Assembly: GCA_964247055.1 (NCBI GenBank)
Contig: OZ176054.1
Span: 6,138,001 to 6,202,000, forward strand
Source: Paragordius varius
Lineage: Eukaryota; Animalia; Nematomorpha
Reading direction: 5' to 3'
Length of the DNA: 64,000 bases
A model generated the notes under the pieces. That model did not search any database. It was not told the DNA's origin and saw only the letters and a list, made by a program, of their open reading frames with translations. Made by a program: the position numbers and the translations under genes. Below, one piece after another: positions 36,317 through 51,724 of this stretch; position 1 is the first letter of the stretch, and each line of letters begins with the position of its first letter.

Positions 36317-38099
36317 CAAAAATTTCAAGCCATATAATTAGCATTAAACCAGGTATTTCGAATAGGTCCGCTCAAAAGTCGAAATAAGAAAATTTAAACA
36401 ATTATTTGTATGACTCATGTAAATTTCGAAACCTTTTTACAAATTTATTTGGCAATAAAAATTAACCACCTCATTGTCCTGTCTTTTAGTTAAATTGAAA
36501 TCATACGGACAAAATAAAACATTTTTTCCAAAAGACCCTGCACTTTTTTAAAGTTGGTTATTTTTAATATAACCCATTATTGAAAATTGGCATGAAATTG
36601 AAATGTATATTGGTAACAGAATCAATTAGATATTTAATTTTAATTATATTTTTTTTAAAAGTATGGTTATCTTTCGTAAAAAAATATTTTTATATTTTTA
36701 CGTTTTGTCCGGGGAAATTCAATTTTTACTGTTTTTCCACACCGAAATGGCTAGAATGAAATGAGTTACAAAATTAACGGAATCAATATTCGACAAATAA
36801 CACCCAACTTATGGGAAAAATCAAAAATATATTTATTTATCAACATGAAACATAATCAAAATGAAATTAACATAAACAGTAAAAACATAAATTTAATTTA
36901 AAGCGTATCCGTTAGAATTGAAATTATACAAAATGGAAGGTAATGAATGCGGTAAGAATTAATACAGTTAGCTAAAGAAGAAAAGGTAAGGTAGTAAGTA
37001 ACAAAGTAATTCAAAATTGTAAAAATTTATGCAATTTAGCATAAAATTAAATATACAGGTATACCATACCAAAATATATAGTATAAATATAATATATTTA
37101 ATGCTTATATTTTCGTGTAATTGCGCATTTATATATATATATATACAGAAGTATAAGTATTTTGAAAAAATATATTTTTTGGATTAAACAAATTTTTCAT
37201 AAAATTGAAAGAAAGAAAAAGTTGGATACAAATTTCATCCAAAAAATCATTTTTTGATAATCACACATTCAGACAAAAGTCATTAAAAACGATTTAATTT
37301 ATAACTTTTGCCAATATTTTGTCAGAAAAAGAAGAAAAGTCTAATTAACTATTACACACCAAATATATAAATTTTATCGGAAATAGCATTTAGTAAGTCA
37401 GTTAGTGATCACATTATTATGGATTATTATTATTATTATACACTAATTAAACATTGAACAAAAATTAAAAGGTAATGTATGATATATTTAGAGTATATAT
37501 TTGTATTTCGCAAATCATTTCGCATAAACCATGTTTCAAGGTAAAAATGTAAGCTTGAAAAATCGAAATTTTATTTTTTTATACAGGTTAAGTTAAGGTT
37601 CTGCTCTTTGTGGATCCCCCTTAATACAGTATTGAGCTTGTTTTAAGGTTCATTCTCAACGTTTTTTGTCTCCAAATAATTGTGCCAAACTAAATATTTA
37701 AAGAAGAAAATACAATAAAAATTTAAGTGACAAAGAGGAAAAGTAAAAACTAAAAGACAGATATTTTTTCTAAAAATCAATACTAAACTTTGAGTTTTTA
37801 CCAAAAATGATTAAAATTTTAAATGTCTAATTGACATATATATATTTATTCCTTATTTAGGAACTCAAAACAAAGGTTTTATTTAAAAATTAATGTTTAA
37901 AATATATGATTGGTTTTCAAAAAAATTTGTCTTTTAATTTTTATGGGTTGTTATAATTCAATTTTACTCATGATAATAGGCCATGTTTTTATATTAAATT
38001 TATCAGATCGAATTGGTTATAATAAGATAAACACCCCTATAATTTTACATTAATATAAACTTATACCATAATTACCAGTGTTAAAAAAACGTTAAATAA

Positions 38100-41000
38100 T
38101 CAATAAAAAAAATCACATCTGTTAAAATAGACGGCAAGTTTGTATAGAGCTTCACTTTCATCATTGGACGTGTCCTTGCTTATATTATCCGTGCATAAAG
38201 CATCAGTATAAACATCTATAATCATAAATAAAATAATTTACATCAAATATAGATACCCATTAAACATTTTGTAATTTGTACAAATAGTAAAAATTTACCA
38301 TCTTGCTGTTGAATGTTTAAATTATCACATGTATCGTATTGAGTGCTATGATCAATAAAATCATATAAGGGCGTAGAATTAGTTGTGTCTTCAATTGATT
38401 TAGGAGACGATTTCGAAAATTTCTGTTTAATTTGTTGGCTCTTGTATTCAATGTTAAGATTTTTTTCCAAGTTATTATGTATACTAGTTGGGACATTTTG
38501 TAGATCCTTCATACCAGGATCAATTTTGTTAATAGTGTTGGATGTATTTTCAGACAAGTTACTACTGTTGTCAGATCCTAACTCACAGTCATTGTGAATA
38601 AAATCAAAAGTTAACCCGTTCGTACTATTTTGTGGCATTAGTGTAGGGCACAAAAAAACAACAGGCATATTTTTGGTATCAGAATCAACATCATCATTAT
38701 TCCATAGAGTAGTTTTAAATTTTGTAGAAGGCGAAATCGTCCGTTTCTTAGCGTATACTGTTTCGTGATTTTGGGATACAATAGGTTTGATCTTGAATAT
38801 AAGTGTGTGCAAAATACATTAATCGAAAAATTGTATATGGTTAGAAAAATAATTCTATTAAGGACTGTTTTGACTCTGATTAAATTATTAGAATAATTAA
38901 TACCTAATGGAATTTTGAAACAAAAACCCATCCAAAAAAACGGATTTTAACTAAATCCTAATTATGGCTTTAAAATATATATTCTACATACTATTTTTGC
39001 ATTAATTTGAGCAGCATTAGTTCCAAGGGCAGGAAAATCGGTTAACGATTCTATGGGTATAGCATTTCGTGCACTATTATCCTTAATGATTTGATCATTT
39101 AAATTATTACTATTATTGTTGTTATTGTGAATCTGCTTCGTTGATGGTTTTATGTTTTGTTTTTTATTATTGCGATTTGTTATGGCTTGTGGAGCATTCG
39201 AAATTTCTCGAGCGCTAATATTTTGTTTTTGTAATTTAGTATCAACAAATTTTTGGCTATTATTATTATTATTATTAATGTTATGGTTCAATGTGGAGGA
39301 TAAAGTGTTTGAATTAGCCTTCTTAATGCTATTATTATTGTATCCGGTGCTGTTTAATATATCATTAATATTATGTTGATGGTTTTTTGATTTAGTTAAA
39401 TTTTTAACTTGACCAGTAGATTTAGTTTCTTCGGAAATAATTAATTTTTTGTTACCATGTTGTAAGGTAATATTTCCAGTGGAGGACACCTCTCCACTAA
39501 ATTTATTATAACTCGTAGGCTTTTGCGATAACGTTGGTGATTTGTGATGGTTTCGATGATGTTTTTTAGTTACAACCTAAAAAAACAAACATAAAAAATA
39601 TAAATGCATACTTTAGGAGTAGCAGAGATGTCCAACACAAATGGCTTCACGGACCGCATTCGCAGAATATATCGGCATTGATAATATTTTATTAGATTTT
39701 AAAAATCATAAGACTTATAACATTTTTTGCTAGTTCATTGCCTTATTCTGAAATATTTATTCAGAAAATTTGTTGGTCAAGAAAATGTATTTAACTCAGA
39801 TTTCGTAAAATTTTATATCAGAGATGATTTCTCGCGGACTATGCAGAAGTATTTTTGAGGGCCGCGTGTTGGACATCCTTCGTTAAAATATATACATAAC
39901 ATATTATTCTGTAATGATTTTTTACCTTTATATAAATTTTTTATGTTAATTTTTGCCTTAAGAAAATGTTTTGTATTACACAATAAAATATAAACAGACT
40001 TATTAATACAACTTGCGATATTTTCATATTAAATAATTAGATGAAAACCAAACGTTGTTAGATTACGCTTTTAATAACAAAAAAAGTTTTTCAAGAAAAT
40101 CAAAATAATATCATAAAATTAAGAATGGTGGGTGTATATTACTTGAAATTTAGTATGTGACGGTGATAAGGGTATTGAATCATCATTATCTAAAATATAA
40201 TAAGGGTCTAATATTTCATTTTCGTGTTCGTATTCCGTGGTTGTGGATGACATAACGACACTTTGAGCAATCGAATCATCCTCATCATCGGGTAAAAGTT
40301 TTTGCGACACGGAATTTATCTTAAAAATAAAAGTATAAAAAATATTTTTTGGCTTATAAAAATTAATAATTCAATTCAAATCATGTTTTTACTCTTTCAA
40401 TATAGATTAAAATAGTTACATTAATTTATTTATAATATGAAAAATAATCAATAAATCATAAACCATTAGAACAATTAAAAAAGAAAATATATATATATAT
40501 ATAGTTTAACCCAAAAAGGTAAAAAATAGCCTTTAAATGAGCGAATGATCTAACACAAGTGGGTCATCAACCATTTTTGACTTCAAAGATTTTAATTTAT
40601 CATTTTATTATAATTTTATATAATCATTAAAGTTTTTGGATGGAAAAATAGCATAAAAAGTTTGATATGAAACTACTTTGTAAAACTTAATTTTAAACGA
40701 TTAAATATAATATAATTAGTTATGGGCGGCATATCTAAAAATAAATATTGAATTTTAAATAGCCGTGCGATGTTAAAAGTTGTATAGAGCAACTAGCCCA
40801 CCATTATTTTAATACCACTATCATTTATAAGGTGAAGATAATTCAAATCAATTGTAATTGTGAATAACAAAAACTTATAATACCTGTTGCAAATTTTGTT
40901 GTTTATTCGATTTTATTAAGGCTAAATCCTTATCTAGCATTAGTTTTGATTGTTCACCATGTATATTTTCTTTTGTGACTGATTTTAGAGCAATATCTGA

Positions 41001-41814
41001 ATTTGAAACTTTTGTTATAGCCAATTGCTGAAAATCATGATCTGAATTATTCGGATGTGTTGATATTTTTTTACTTTTATTATTATTATTATTATTGTTG
41101 GGAATCTGATTTTTCGGGTTATTATGCAAGGTTTTAGTCGGTAATGTTGTACCAATGTTTTGTAATTTGTTTGATGTAGGATTTGTGGTGGCGGTATTGC
41201 CATGTTGTTTATTGTGGGAAGTTTTAATCGTAGTCGATTTATTAGAGGATGTTGTTAGGACACCGTGTTCAATAAAATTGACATGTTCATCAATATCGGA
41301 TATTGAAATAACCGGTTCCGTTATACTGTATTCATTCTTGACCTGTAAATATTAATATGATAGATCCCATAAAATCATATATTATTATTAATTGATTAGT
41401 TATTAAAAATCAAACTTTTAAATAAATTAACCACTTGATATATAAACATAATGCGCATTTACTTTGGATTTTTTCTGTTTTCGGAGTCTTTTCTCAGCCA
41501 TTTGTTGTAAATTGCTATTTCGGTTATAACTATGACCAAATAATTTTAAAATATTTTAGTATCATGTAAGTTATGGAATATATTTCTGAAAATACTGTTA
41601 TTGGGAAAATTAGAAAAATAGTTTTTAGTGATAAAATTTTTAAAATTTCGATTTCCTTATCCAACAAAAAATTAAACTAATTCCGTATTTTAATAAATAA
41701 GGCATGTTATACTTATAGGTGGCAGGTTTAGAAATTTCTTCTTGTGGTGAATACAAAACGGGGCGGTTTGAAGATAAATTTATGTTACAAGATCCATATG
41801 AATTGTCTAAAAGA

Positions 41815-41857
<43 letters not shown>

Positions 41858-44675
41858 TGAGGCATGAAATATACTGCTATATTTTTACATAAAAGGTTAG
41901 AATCTTAAATTATAAAAAAACCCAGAACTTTATATAATAGGAAAAGAATATATTGAAATGTATGATTCTTACAGTTATTTGAATGATCATTATTATGCAG
42001 TATATTGGCCGTTTCCATATCGTTATTGGACGATGACACCAAGTTTTTCTTTTTGCCCTTATGACTTTTTTTCTTTTTTGCATCGATTTTGTTTAAATTA
42101 TTATGCTCATCATTAACATTATTATTTTTGCCTTCAGTGTTTTGAGCATAAATGGAAGAGCTAAATATAAAAATTACAGTTTGTATGGTATAGTACGTAG
42201 AGCGCCGAACTCTTACGCTGCGGCCCGCTGTTCTAACCCCGAAACTACGCATTTTTTCCATCATCACTGTCAGCCCTGGGCAGGCGAGTGTTAAAGCCTT
42301 CACAGGTCCGGATACAATTTTAGTCCTTACCTTTAATAAAAAAGAAAAAAAGAGACTAAACTGTACATTTATAGTTTTTATGCGTAAAAGCTACCCCTCC
42401 TCACTCATAATGAGTTTTAAATGGCGGCGTATAAAATTAACTCATGTTGATTCCTATTTTTAAATAGTTTTAATTTTCAATACAGTCGTAATAAGTTGCA
42501 TGCGACTCCCACAAACTCATTAGTTAGTAAGTAATTTTAAGTTATCATCCCAAAGCAATAAAATCTAAAAATATCTGTGGAATAATATAAAAAAGGAGTC
42601 ATGTGAAACAGCATGTATTGCCATAAAAATCTATTTATTGCATCCTCAGCTTTAACCTTGTTATTTACCAGTTATCTCTTTCTTGTGTGTCCATCCTCTC
42701 CTCTCCAGCTTATATAAAGATATTCTGGAGGCATGAATTTTAAACCAATAAGAGAAAGAATAATAAAAAAGACTACGTTGGTTTGGGCACAAGGAGAAAT
42801 ATTTATTATATTGCGCATTTGATGGACATTCATATTGAAGAGAAGGGAGGTCGGGGACGTCCTACAACGAGACGAATGAATGGAATCAATAAAGAGAGAA
42901 CTAGCAAAATAGAAGCTAAAGGCAGAGGACGCTATAGATAGAGTTCTATGGCGAGTCAGGCTGTCTCAGACAACCGCTTTCACGAGTTAAAATATGTAAT
43001 TTAAAATTATTAGCCTAGTTTATTTTGAAGCGGATAATAAGCCATGTAATTTTTGCCGAAAATGGGATCATTTAAGTGAGATACCCTTCTATAATTGCAA
43101 ATTTTGATGGGAAAAAACATAAATCAAAAATAAAATACTTTTCTTTGGAGTGCCGAGTACTACAAGATGTATTCCCATTTAAACCCTTGTAGATACTTCT
43201 ATCCATATACTATAAAATATATGTTTATATATAATTTCTAATATATAATAATTTTAATAAAAATATTAAAATTATTATATTTATTCTAAATAAATAGATA
43301 TGTTTCGAATGGCTTAAGATTGTAGATTTTTTTTCTAAAAAACACCAATCAATTAATAAATATCTTCTGATATCATATATTCATCCTTTTATAGATAAAA
43401 ACAAAAATAATTCCAGTCAAAATCTACTGGTTTATACAGTTACCTGGTATATTTATCAATTTAAACTTAAAGATGAGAAAATGATTATATATAAATATAA
43501 TTATAAAAAAATATTGGTCAATAATTAAATTTCCCTGAACAATAATTTTTTTCAACATCTATTTCAGCGTAAGTATAAGCAGGCAGTTCAATACATTATT
43601 TATATAATAAAATATATTTTAGAAAATTATAAAGAGAAACATTTCAATTTTTTAACAAATCTTGTGATACCAACTGTCTTTGTCACTTATAATATATAAA
43701 ACAATGTTTGTACTTTTTGTGTGGTATGTATAGCAAACAGGACATAAATCGCAATAATTATTTTTAATTAATAATAATTGTATATATATTTTTTCATTAA
43801 TGCAATCGGCACCAACACAAACATTATTATGTATATAATGTATAATTATTTAAACCATAGTCCGAAATTTAAATACATATCATATTTAAAGAAGTATACT
43901 TCAAGTAATTATATTTTAAGAATTCTACTTATAATTTATTAATATTAATTTTTCCTATATTCAAAAAGGTTTCGCAACATTGAGTATTGGTTTAACGAAA
44001 AATTTCATTATATATATATAACATAATTAAGAAATGCCACTTAAATACTTTCAAACATAAATCGCAATGTATACATATTTACAAGTATACGTATATTAAT
44101 TACTTCCATTTCTATAGCGTTTTTGGAAGGTTGTGTTAAACATGTTAAATTTTTATTGGTTGAAAATTTCCAATCTTTTAACAAGAGTTCACGGGAATTT
44201 AGTAAATCTTTTTTAAGAGAAAAAGAGTTGGGTTTTATATTGCTTACGTTTTCAACATTTTCCGTCGTGATGTTTTCGTTTTCATTAACAAGAGGATTAT
44301 AGGATATTTTGGATGCTTTTATGGATTCTGGGTAATAATACGGATCTTTATCAGGCATGGCCTCAGATAATTGTTTCAAAGAGTCAGTAGAATACTTTTT
44401 ATTAATGTTATTATTAATAAGGGTGTTTTTGGAATAAAACTGTGAGGGGCTAGAATACAATTGTGCTTTGGTTCGAATCAAGTGTTGAGATGGAGAAAAC
44501 CTAGGTATTGAAATAATGTTAAAAAAATGCAAATATATGTATAAAAAATTTGTTAAAATATGTTTGCTTTTAAAAGATTATCATGTTATTCGGAAAAGAT
44601 TACCTTAAGTTTTTTTTATAAATAGTTTATTTTAGAGATGGTTCGCAAACAATAATTCGGTAACTTTAATAAGAC

Positions 44676-44737
<62 letters not shown>

Positions 44738-47700
44738 ACTTGTTCATTAATATAATTTTGGAATTTAATTATTATATTAGACAGTATATACAATTTAGAC
44801 CTTATCCCCTCAAACAATATAAATATACTAGCATTTAATTTGATAAGTTTAATGAGGTGACATTATTACTCTCAACTAAGAACACATAATCTATATTCTC
44901 AGATAAAATATGGAAAATACCCTTTATTTTCGAAAAACATAATATATATAGCAAAGACAACTTTTATTTCTATGAAATGTGTGTATAGTAAAGTTAACAG
45001 CCATATTATTAGTTATAAATGAATGGCTTTATATAATGACAAAGGGATCATTAAATATAAGTGTTGACAAGTATGAATCTTTATTCAGAATAATTGCAAA
45101 AAAAACCAACATATCCATATCACCAATAATATGGCTGTTTAATATTTTTTGCAAATCACATGATGAATAAAAAAAACTAAAATTTTATACATAGTTGTAG
45201 GCGGCATTCGTTCATTATTTGAAGCTGGTGAGGATAAGACATTAAAAGGCAAAGGATCATCAGCATTAATGATTGAATTGTTCTTTATATCATTAGTATT
45301 TTTCTTAGCTTCATTCAAATGATTTTCAATACATTTTTTCGTAAGTAGTATTTGTGTATTAACATTCATATGGCTGCTATGAATCCCATCAGATTTGGTT
45401 TTCTATTATATAATAAATGACATATATAATAATTATAACTGAAGTTATATAATGAAATGGGGATTATATTTAATTAAATTGGAAAATATGAATATCAAAT
45501 GTTGATATATCTGACTTTTCCAGTAAAAAAAATATCAGAAACAATAGAGTGGATACCCAATTTCCACATTTAATCTTCTTTAGGAAATAAATTTTTTTTA
45601 CTAAATAGCTTTCTTTTTTGAATATAATATTTTTCAAAGATATCCGCCACATGTTGTAATAAAAGGGCTTCGAAACTCATAAATTTCGTAAGGTATTCTC
45701 ACAGTAAACGATATACAATTTAAATAAAATTATAAAAGTGCATAAATGATCAGCATGAGTTTAGTAGTTTATCGCTGTTATGTTAAAAACCAATCATCTG
45801 AGGAGTCATTATAAAAAAGTGTCCATCCACTGTATATTGAAATTAGCCCAAAATATGCATATATTTTGCAAAAGATAAATTTATTTTACCATTTTTCATC
45901 AAGATTAAAGAGCACAAAAATAGTGTCATAACCAAAAAACATATAGTAAAATATTAATAAAACAATACATGTAACGGTGATCCCACTCCACCGCCGCCAT
46001 CGTCATTCTTGACAATATTATTATTATTATTATTGTTGATGTTTGAGACTAGATTAATTTGGGGTTCTGTACTACTATTCTTATTGTCGCTGTTTTCAGA
46101 ATTATTCAAGTTTAAGTCATAATTTTTTGTAGATGATAATGATGGTATATCAACACTATTATTGTTTTGCGTATCTTGATTCCTGATTCCGTGGTTAACA
46201 TTTCGGTTGGATTCGTCAGTTAAAACATTTGTTAAATTGTTGTTCAATTTATTACATGAAATATCCGATAAAAGACTACTACCACTACTACTACAAGATG
46301 CATTTTGAATTTTATTATTTTCGTTTTTATAAATAACATTATCATCATCATCAACACCATCATCAATCATATCGATGTAAACGGAATTATCAACATTATT
46401 ATTAATATTGTTATTGCATTTCAATATTTTTTCGTTTTTGGGAGCAGTGTTGCTGTTATTTAATAAATCGACAAATGAGGTCTGATGACATTCTGATAAG
46501 GGGGGAGAAGCGATTTTGGGTATTTGAGTTTTATGAATGGTTGATACTGTGCTTTTATTCGAATTTAAAGATGTAGTGTGGTTAGAATTATTAGCCCAAC
46601 CCGGATTGGGGGTACAACTATTAATGTTTCTACATATTAAAAAAATATTTATAGTCGCTTATAATTTTACAATTAGCGTTACCTTTTTTTAACTAATCAA
46701 ACAATAAAACCGATGGAATGGCTTATAAAGATATGATTGTTCTCTTCTAAGCTTAGATATTTTTTACGAGTTAAAAATAACCGGTCTGACCGCTTACAAA
46801 TGAGGTCAACTTAAACCCTCTAAATCAAAACGTTAATTTGATGTAATATAGTTTTAGACGAGTTATGAATTGTAAAAAAATTTTTAACGCTTTTTTAACT
46901 TTACGTTAATGTTTTGTACCAATGCTACTCCCACAAATTTTAAAGGGCCAAAAAAAGTTTACAATTGCTATTTATCAAATATAAAGATACAAGCATTTCA
47001 ATTGTATATATATATATATATATAACAGGTTATTCCTAATACTACTAAGTATTCCTAAATCGCGATTTTATCAAAAAACTATATAAATACTTCGTAAAAT
47101 ATATGATAAAACAAATTTTTAATAATAATTAACTTCTTTAAAATAGCCACTAACAAATTAAAAATGATATTTTAATTATGTAATGGTGTATTGTATGAGA
47201 GTGGACCGTTCACGCCCCCACCAAATTGAAAATAAAAATTCTCGCGCCCTTTCTCCCAAAAAAAATCCAAGATAAAAATGTAAATATATTATAATTATAT
47301 AAAAATCCCAATCAATGAAATTTGTGTTTCCGACTGGTGTTTTAACGCAGCTTTGTGCATGTTCATACAGGAGCATTATTAATTTTATTTAATATTCTTA
47401 TATTGGCCTCCATCAGGGCTCAACTCTAAGCCCACTACTGTTTATAATAATAATGGATTATATAAGCAGAGACTTTGCAGCTGTTCACATGGAACATGCT
47501 GTACGCCGATTTGGTTATAGCGAAAACAGCACATGAACTGAAAAGTTCATACCTCAATTGGCATACCTGTTTCCAAAAACATGGGCTAAAAATAAACATA
47601 GAAAAGACGAAGGTAATGATCACAGGAGATGAGAAAAGAACCATAAAATACCATTGCTCCTTTTGTTACTAAGAGGTTAAAACAAATTCTATTCTATGTA

Positions 47701-49169
47701 CATCGTGTAAAATGTGGGTCCATAAAAAATGCTCTAACTTGAAAGTAAAATTAGTTGACAATAAAAATTTTAATGCCAAAGCTGTATATCAGGGAAACCA
47801 AACATCTCTAAATCAAGGGAGTTTAGTATCGAATATTGTAGGTTCGAAATCGTCAACGATTTCGCCTATTTAGGTAATATCAGTAATAATAATGGGGACC
47901 CTCAAACAACCATATCACATAGAATCAAACTTGGCTGGGCAAAATTTAACCACTCAAATATGTATTGACACATAAAGACATAACCGTAATAAATAAAATC
48001 AAAATGTATAAAGTGGGTGTCCGCCCTACCCTTACCTACGCCTGCGAAACCTGGGCAATCACAAAAACATCAGAATCGAGATTGAAAAGAACGGAAGACA
48101 ATATGCTAAAATATATGATGATAAATTCTACCATTGAACTAGAACTAATAACAGCTTTTATCAGAACAAATAGACTTCGGTATTTTGGACACATAGACAG
48201 ATCCAGTATAGACTCACCTGTAAAGGAAATTCTTGATTTACAGATTTCTGCCCCCAACCGTAAAGGGAGGCCTAAAACAACTTGGACTCAAATTATAGAG
48301 CAAGACATTAAATTCCTTAACATACCTCGAAACGCAACAAATGATAGAAACATATATCGTAAATTAATCCATGGAGTCCCAATAACTGGGCCAAACCAAT
48401 AATACAATCAATGAAATTTATATCAAAAAAAAATTTCCATATCGGTGAAAATCTTGATAATTCGCACCTGAAATCCTTCAATTTGTTTTTAGTATTATTT
48501 TTTCATCAAAATTTTCGCGCCTGGCCCACTTTTAGGAAGGACTAATGTATGACTTTGGGATTAATGTTAAAAATAATACCTTAATGTATTGTGACTACTC
48601 CCATCCTGAGTTATTGAACAAATGGCGGAAGAACTAAATTTTGGAGGCATATTAACAACCATGGGCTTTGAATAAAGGAGTGGTGTACAAATAGGTCCTA
48701 TTGCAAAACTAGAATCTTCAACACTGACATTACTGTCGTTCGGTAATTTAGCATCGGATTTTTCCATATTTAGCAGGGGAACAAATAGTCCAACATCCGA
48801 TATAGGTTGTGTTAAGTGTAAGGAATCGCCTGATACAGTTTTATCTAAGGAATCACCTATTTTGTCATTTTGAACATCAATTGAATGATTCGCGTTAATA
48901 TCGGTGATATTGTCTATTAATAAGTTTTGCTCTTCGTTTGAATGTAAACTACAATTACTTCCATCACTTGTATAATTAAATAGATGTTTAATATTTTGAC
49001 TAGATGAGGAAGAAAGCGAATCGCCGGAAGAATTTAATTTTACATTAGTGCGTAGCAATAATTTTTTATTATCGTAATAATTGGCTAATATTTGTTTTTC
49101 CTTTTCTTGATCTTTGTCTTTATCGTTTTTTATTTCTAACTCTAAATCATCGTTGGATTCTGTCATTAC
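38100..49169 (-). CDS. Unidentified large Asn/Ser/Thr-rich multi-exon gene (3' and 5' ends not resolved)
   Basis: Series of same-strand open blocks ending in GT donors and starting after AG: about 49169-48580, 46630-45975, 45403-45190, 44500-44100, 42180-41965, 41342-40884, 40320-40140, 39580-38980, 38870-38300, 38210-38100. All are low complexity with poly-Asn; no domain recognised. Whether this is one gene is inferred, not shown. Confidence 0.55.
39623..39880. mobile_element. hAT (Buster/Charlie-like) MITE
   Basis: cagagatgtccaac...ggaccgca at the left and gagggccgcgtgttggacatcc at the right. Confidence 0.6.
41819..41855. repeat. (TA)n microsatellite
   Basis: Uninterrupted TA run. Confidence 0.95.
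42720..42990 (+). mobile_element. 3' remnant of an RTE-type retrotransposon
   Basis: KRLRWFGH and IEEKGGRGRPTTR motifs, frameshifted. Confidence 0.6.
44679..44732. repeat. (TA)n microsatellite
   Basis: Uninterrupted TA run of about 27 units. Confidence 0.95.
47470..48410 (+). mobile_element. 5'-truncated RTE-type retrotransposon (RT 3' half), decayed
   Basis: LLFADDL-like region, GLKINIEKTKVM, a Cys-rich insert (CSFC...CTSCKMWVHKKC), YLG, KMYK..VRPTLTYACETW, NRLRYFGHI, RKGRPKTTW. Confidence 0.85.
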
Positions 49170-50232
49170 CTAAAACGAAATAATGTTTGCTTATTACAAC
49201 ATTTGGGTTGGCATGGAAAATTTACGTAGAATAACAGCTGGTAAAAAGGAGGTCGAACAGCAATAATATAAAACGCAAAACATACGATAAATAACCATAA
49301 CACTTGAAATAATTAAGACACAGATAAAATGCTAAAATATAAAATTATTATATTTTTAAACCATAAATTTTTATACTATAAAATATTTTTACCTGTTGGA
49401 ATATAATACATAAGCGTTAGTGAAATATCCTAGACCAAGGGCTGTTAAAAATCCCAAAAAATATTTTACATTAGGCCTAATTTAAATGTATACTTCCTAG
49501 CGCTTCGATTTTAGGTGGATTTACTAGTGACCACAGAACAATTTTTAATTGATATATTTAAACTACTGAAAGGGCGGTTCTAATTTAAAATTATGCTGTT
49601 AATCCTTGATTTAAGTTTTGGAAAAAATCCAATCGAAAATTCGACGCCTTCAAATTTATGTCAAATATAAATTGTGCTTTTTTAAAAAAATATAACGACT
49701 TTTTTAAAGTAAACGAACCTTTAAATTATAAGAGGCGATAGAAATTGTCAGCATCATAAAATTAGGGCTTTTATACGAAAACGTTTTTATACCGTTTCCA
49801 TCACGCTTTAAAATCATATGAAGTACGCTTCGAACAAATTTTGCTAAAATTAAATAACAAAAATGCATTTAAAATATTGTTATTTGAATTTAGCATATAT
49901 TTATAATTTTATCCCGCTTTTGCGTTAATAACAGCCAATCTACAAGACAAAATTTTGGATTTTCGCCCAAATCTCTAAATTTTTTTATAAAAATTGTTAT
50001 GCTTTTTATATATATTTTATTTTAATTGTATTTTTTAGAATGAAGCAATCTAGCTTTTCCCAAAGTATTATTTAAATTAATAGGCGCAAATTTTGAGCAG
50101 TTACCACAAAAGTGTAAATTTTTCTAATAGGTTATTGTTTTATAGAACCTGATATTGAACGCAGTGTTATGGTTAGAAAATGTATATTATATTATTATAT
50201 TAACCTTAATATGATATCAGGCTACCTTTTAA

Positions 50233-50791
50233 CACTTTGATTCATATTGTGGTATCTAAATAACCCAGACCATATTTCAGTTAAAGATTTTTCAGAACTA
50301 CTAAAAGAAACGGGTCAATTTAAATTTATGCTTCTATCCAAATAAAATCATATAAAAAAGTCAAAATATCTAAATAAAATTTGGTTTTGACAAAAAAGTT
50401 CCATGTCAAACTACTTCGACGACATTTTTATTATGAAAAATTTTTGCAAAATCTCGTGTTCATTTGACTTTAAAGCTAAAATGAAGGCTAATTTTTCATT
50501 TCATCTATCATTGATAGAAACATAAAAGTGGTTTGTTTTGTATAATTTTTTGCGGACATCTCATGTTGACTAAATTTTTATCTTGAGGTTTTACCTAAAA
50601 ATAAGTAATATCAAGTATTTTCGAATGAAATTTTTTATATATTTTGGTTCATTAATGTTTAAATGTGCAAATTTTTGCCAGGGTTTTGATTCATCCCATA
50701 TTTTTTGAATTATTTAATTTTAAACAGGCCTGGGGTATCTAACTACCCCAATTTAATCGAAGGACTGAAATGAATATGTTGCATCCCAGTG
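50233..50791. mobile_element. TTAA-type MITE, copy B
   Basis: ttaa|cacttt ... ccagtg|ttaa; reverse-orientation homologue of 29726-30276. Confidence 0.8.
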
Positions 50792-51231
50792 TTAAGTACA
50801 AACTTGTATTTTAGTATATTGGACCTGTCCCAATTTTGGGCTCTAAAAGTTAAAAAAGTAAAAATTTAAGTTTTTAACATACGAACAGTGTTCGATAATT
50901 AGTAGTTTAGTCATAAAATTTAACTATGGGACGAAAAAACTACCCCTAATATGTCATGCGCACAAAAAAGTGAAAAGACATGAAGTGTAAAATTTGGGTG
51001 AATATTTGTTTAGGGTTTATCTTAAAACGTTTTTAAACCGTTTTTATCCTGCCATAAATTATTATGAAGTGCGCTTCAAGAATTTTGCTAAAAATTTAAT
51101 TTTTAAACAAGTATTAAATATTTTTTAGGTAATATTAAAATTTAGCAGATATTAAAATTTATATAGCGCAGTATTGGCATTGTTGTGTTTATTTTAACAC
51201 CTCATTACCTATTTATTTTTTCTCCTAGTTA

Positions 51232-51724
51232 ACCTTTGGGGTAATTATATAATCCAGAGCTCATTTGGTAAATAAAACCGTAGTTTTAAAACTTATTTTA
51301 TATAAAATTTAATTATCGAACATAGTTCTTAGGTAGAGGAAAATAAAGCTTATATTTTTTACAGTTTTGTGACTTCTAGAGTTAAAAATCATGACAGCTC
51401 CGAAACACAATAAATTAAAATATATCAGGTTTTTGGTGATAAGTTATAGCCTGAAAGCTTCTTATAATTAATTACATTTTCTAACCATAATATACATTTA
51501 TTCGCTTGTTGCATCAGCGATTTAAAAAAATGTAGAAAAAAATGGTGACGAAAAAAAATGAGTTAAGGATTTTTTATTTTACATTTTTAGAATAAAATTT
51601 GACATAATCCGAAAGGGCTAATAACATATTTTTAAATTGGACTTAATTCATATATTACCTTTTAAGATATTCGAAGTTCAAATGCTCTGGGGTACATATC
51701 TACCCCAAAAGGTAAAAGGTGGTT
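51232..51724. mobile_element. Second TTAA-type MITE family, with a partial tandem copy to about 52230
   Basis: ttaacctttggggtaattatataatccagagc at the left, gctctggggtacatatctaccccaaaaggtaaaaggtggttaa at the right. 51520-51720 resembles 52030-52230. Confidence 0.5.

Noticed and set aside
42180-42310. GC-rich 5' part of ORF 41905-42303 (KALTLACPGLTVMMEKMRSFG...)
   Set aside because: It begins ttaacactcgcc like a TTAA element end and differs in composition from the Asn-rich exon. More likely a TE fragment than coding, but unproven.
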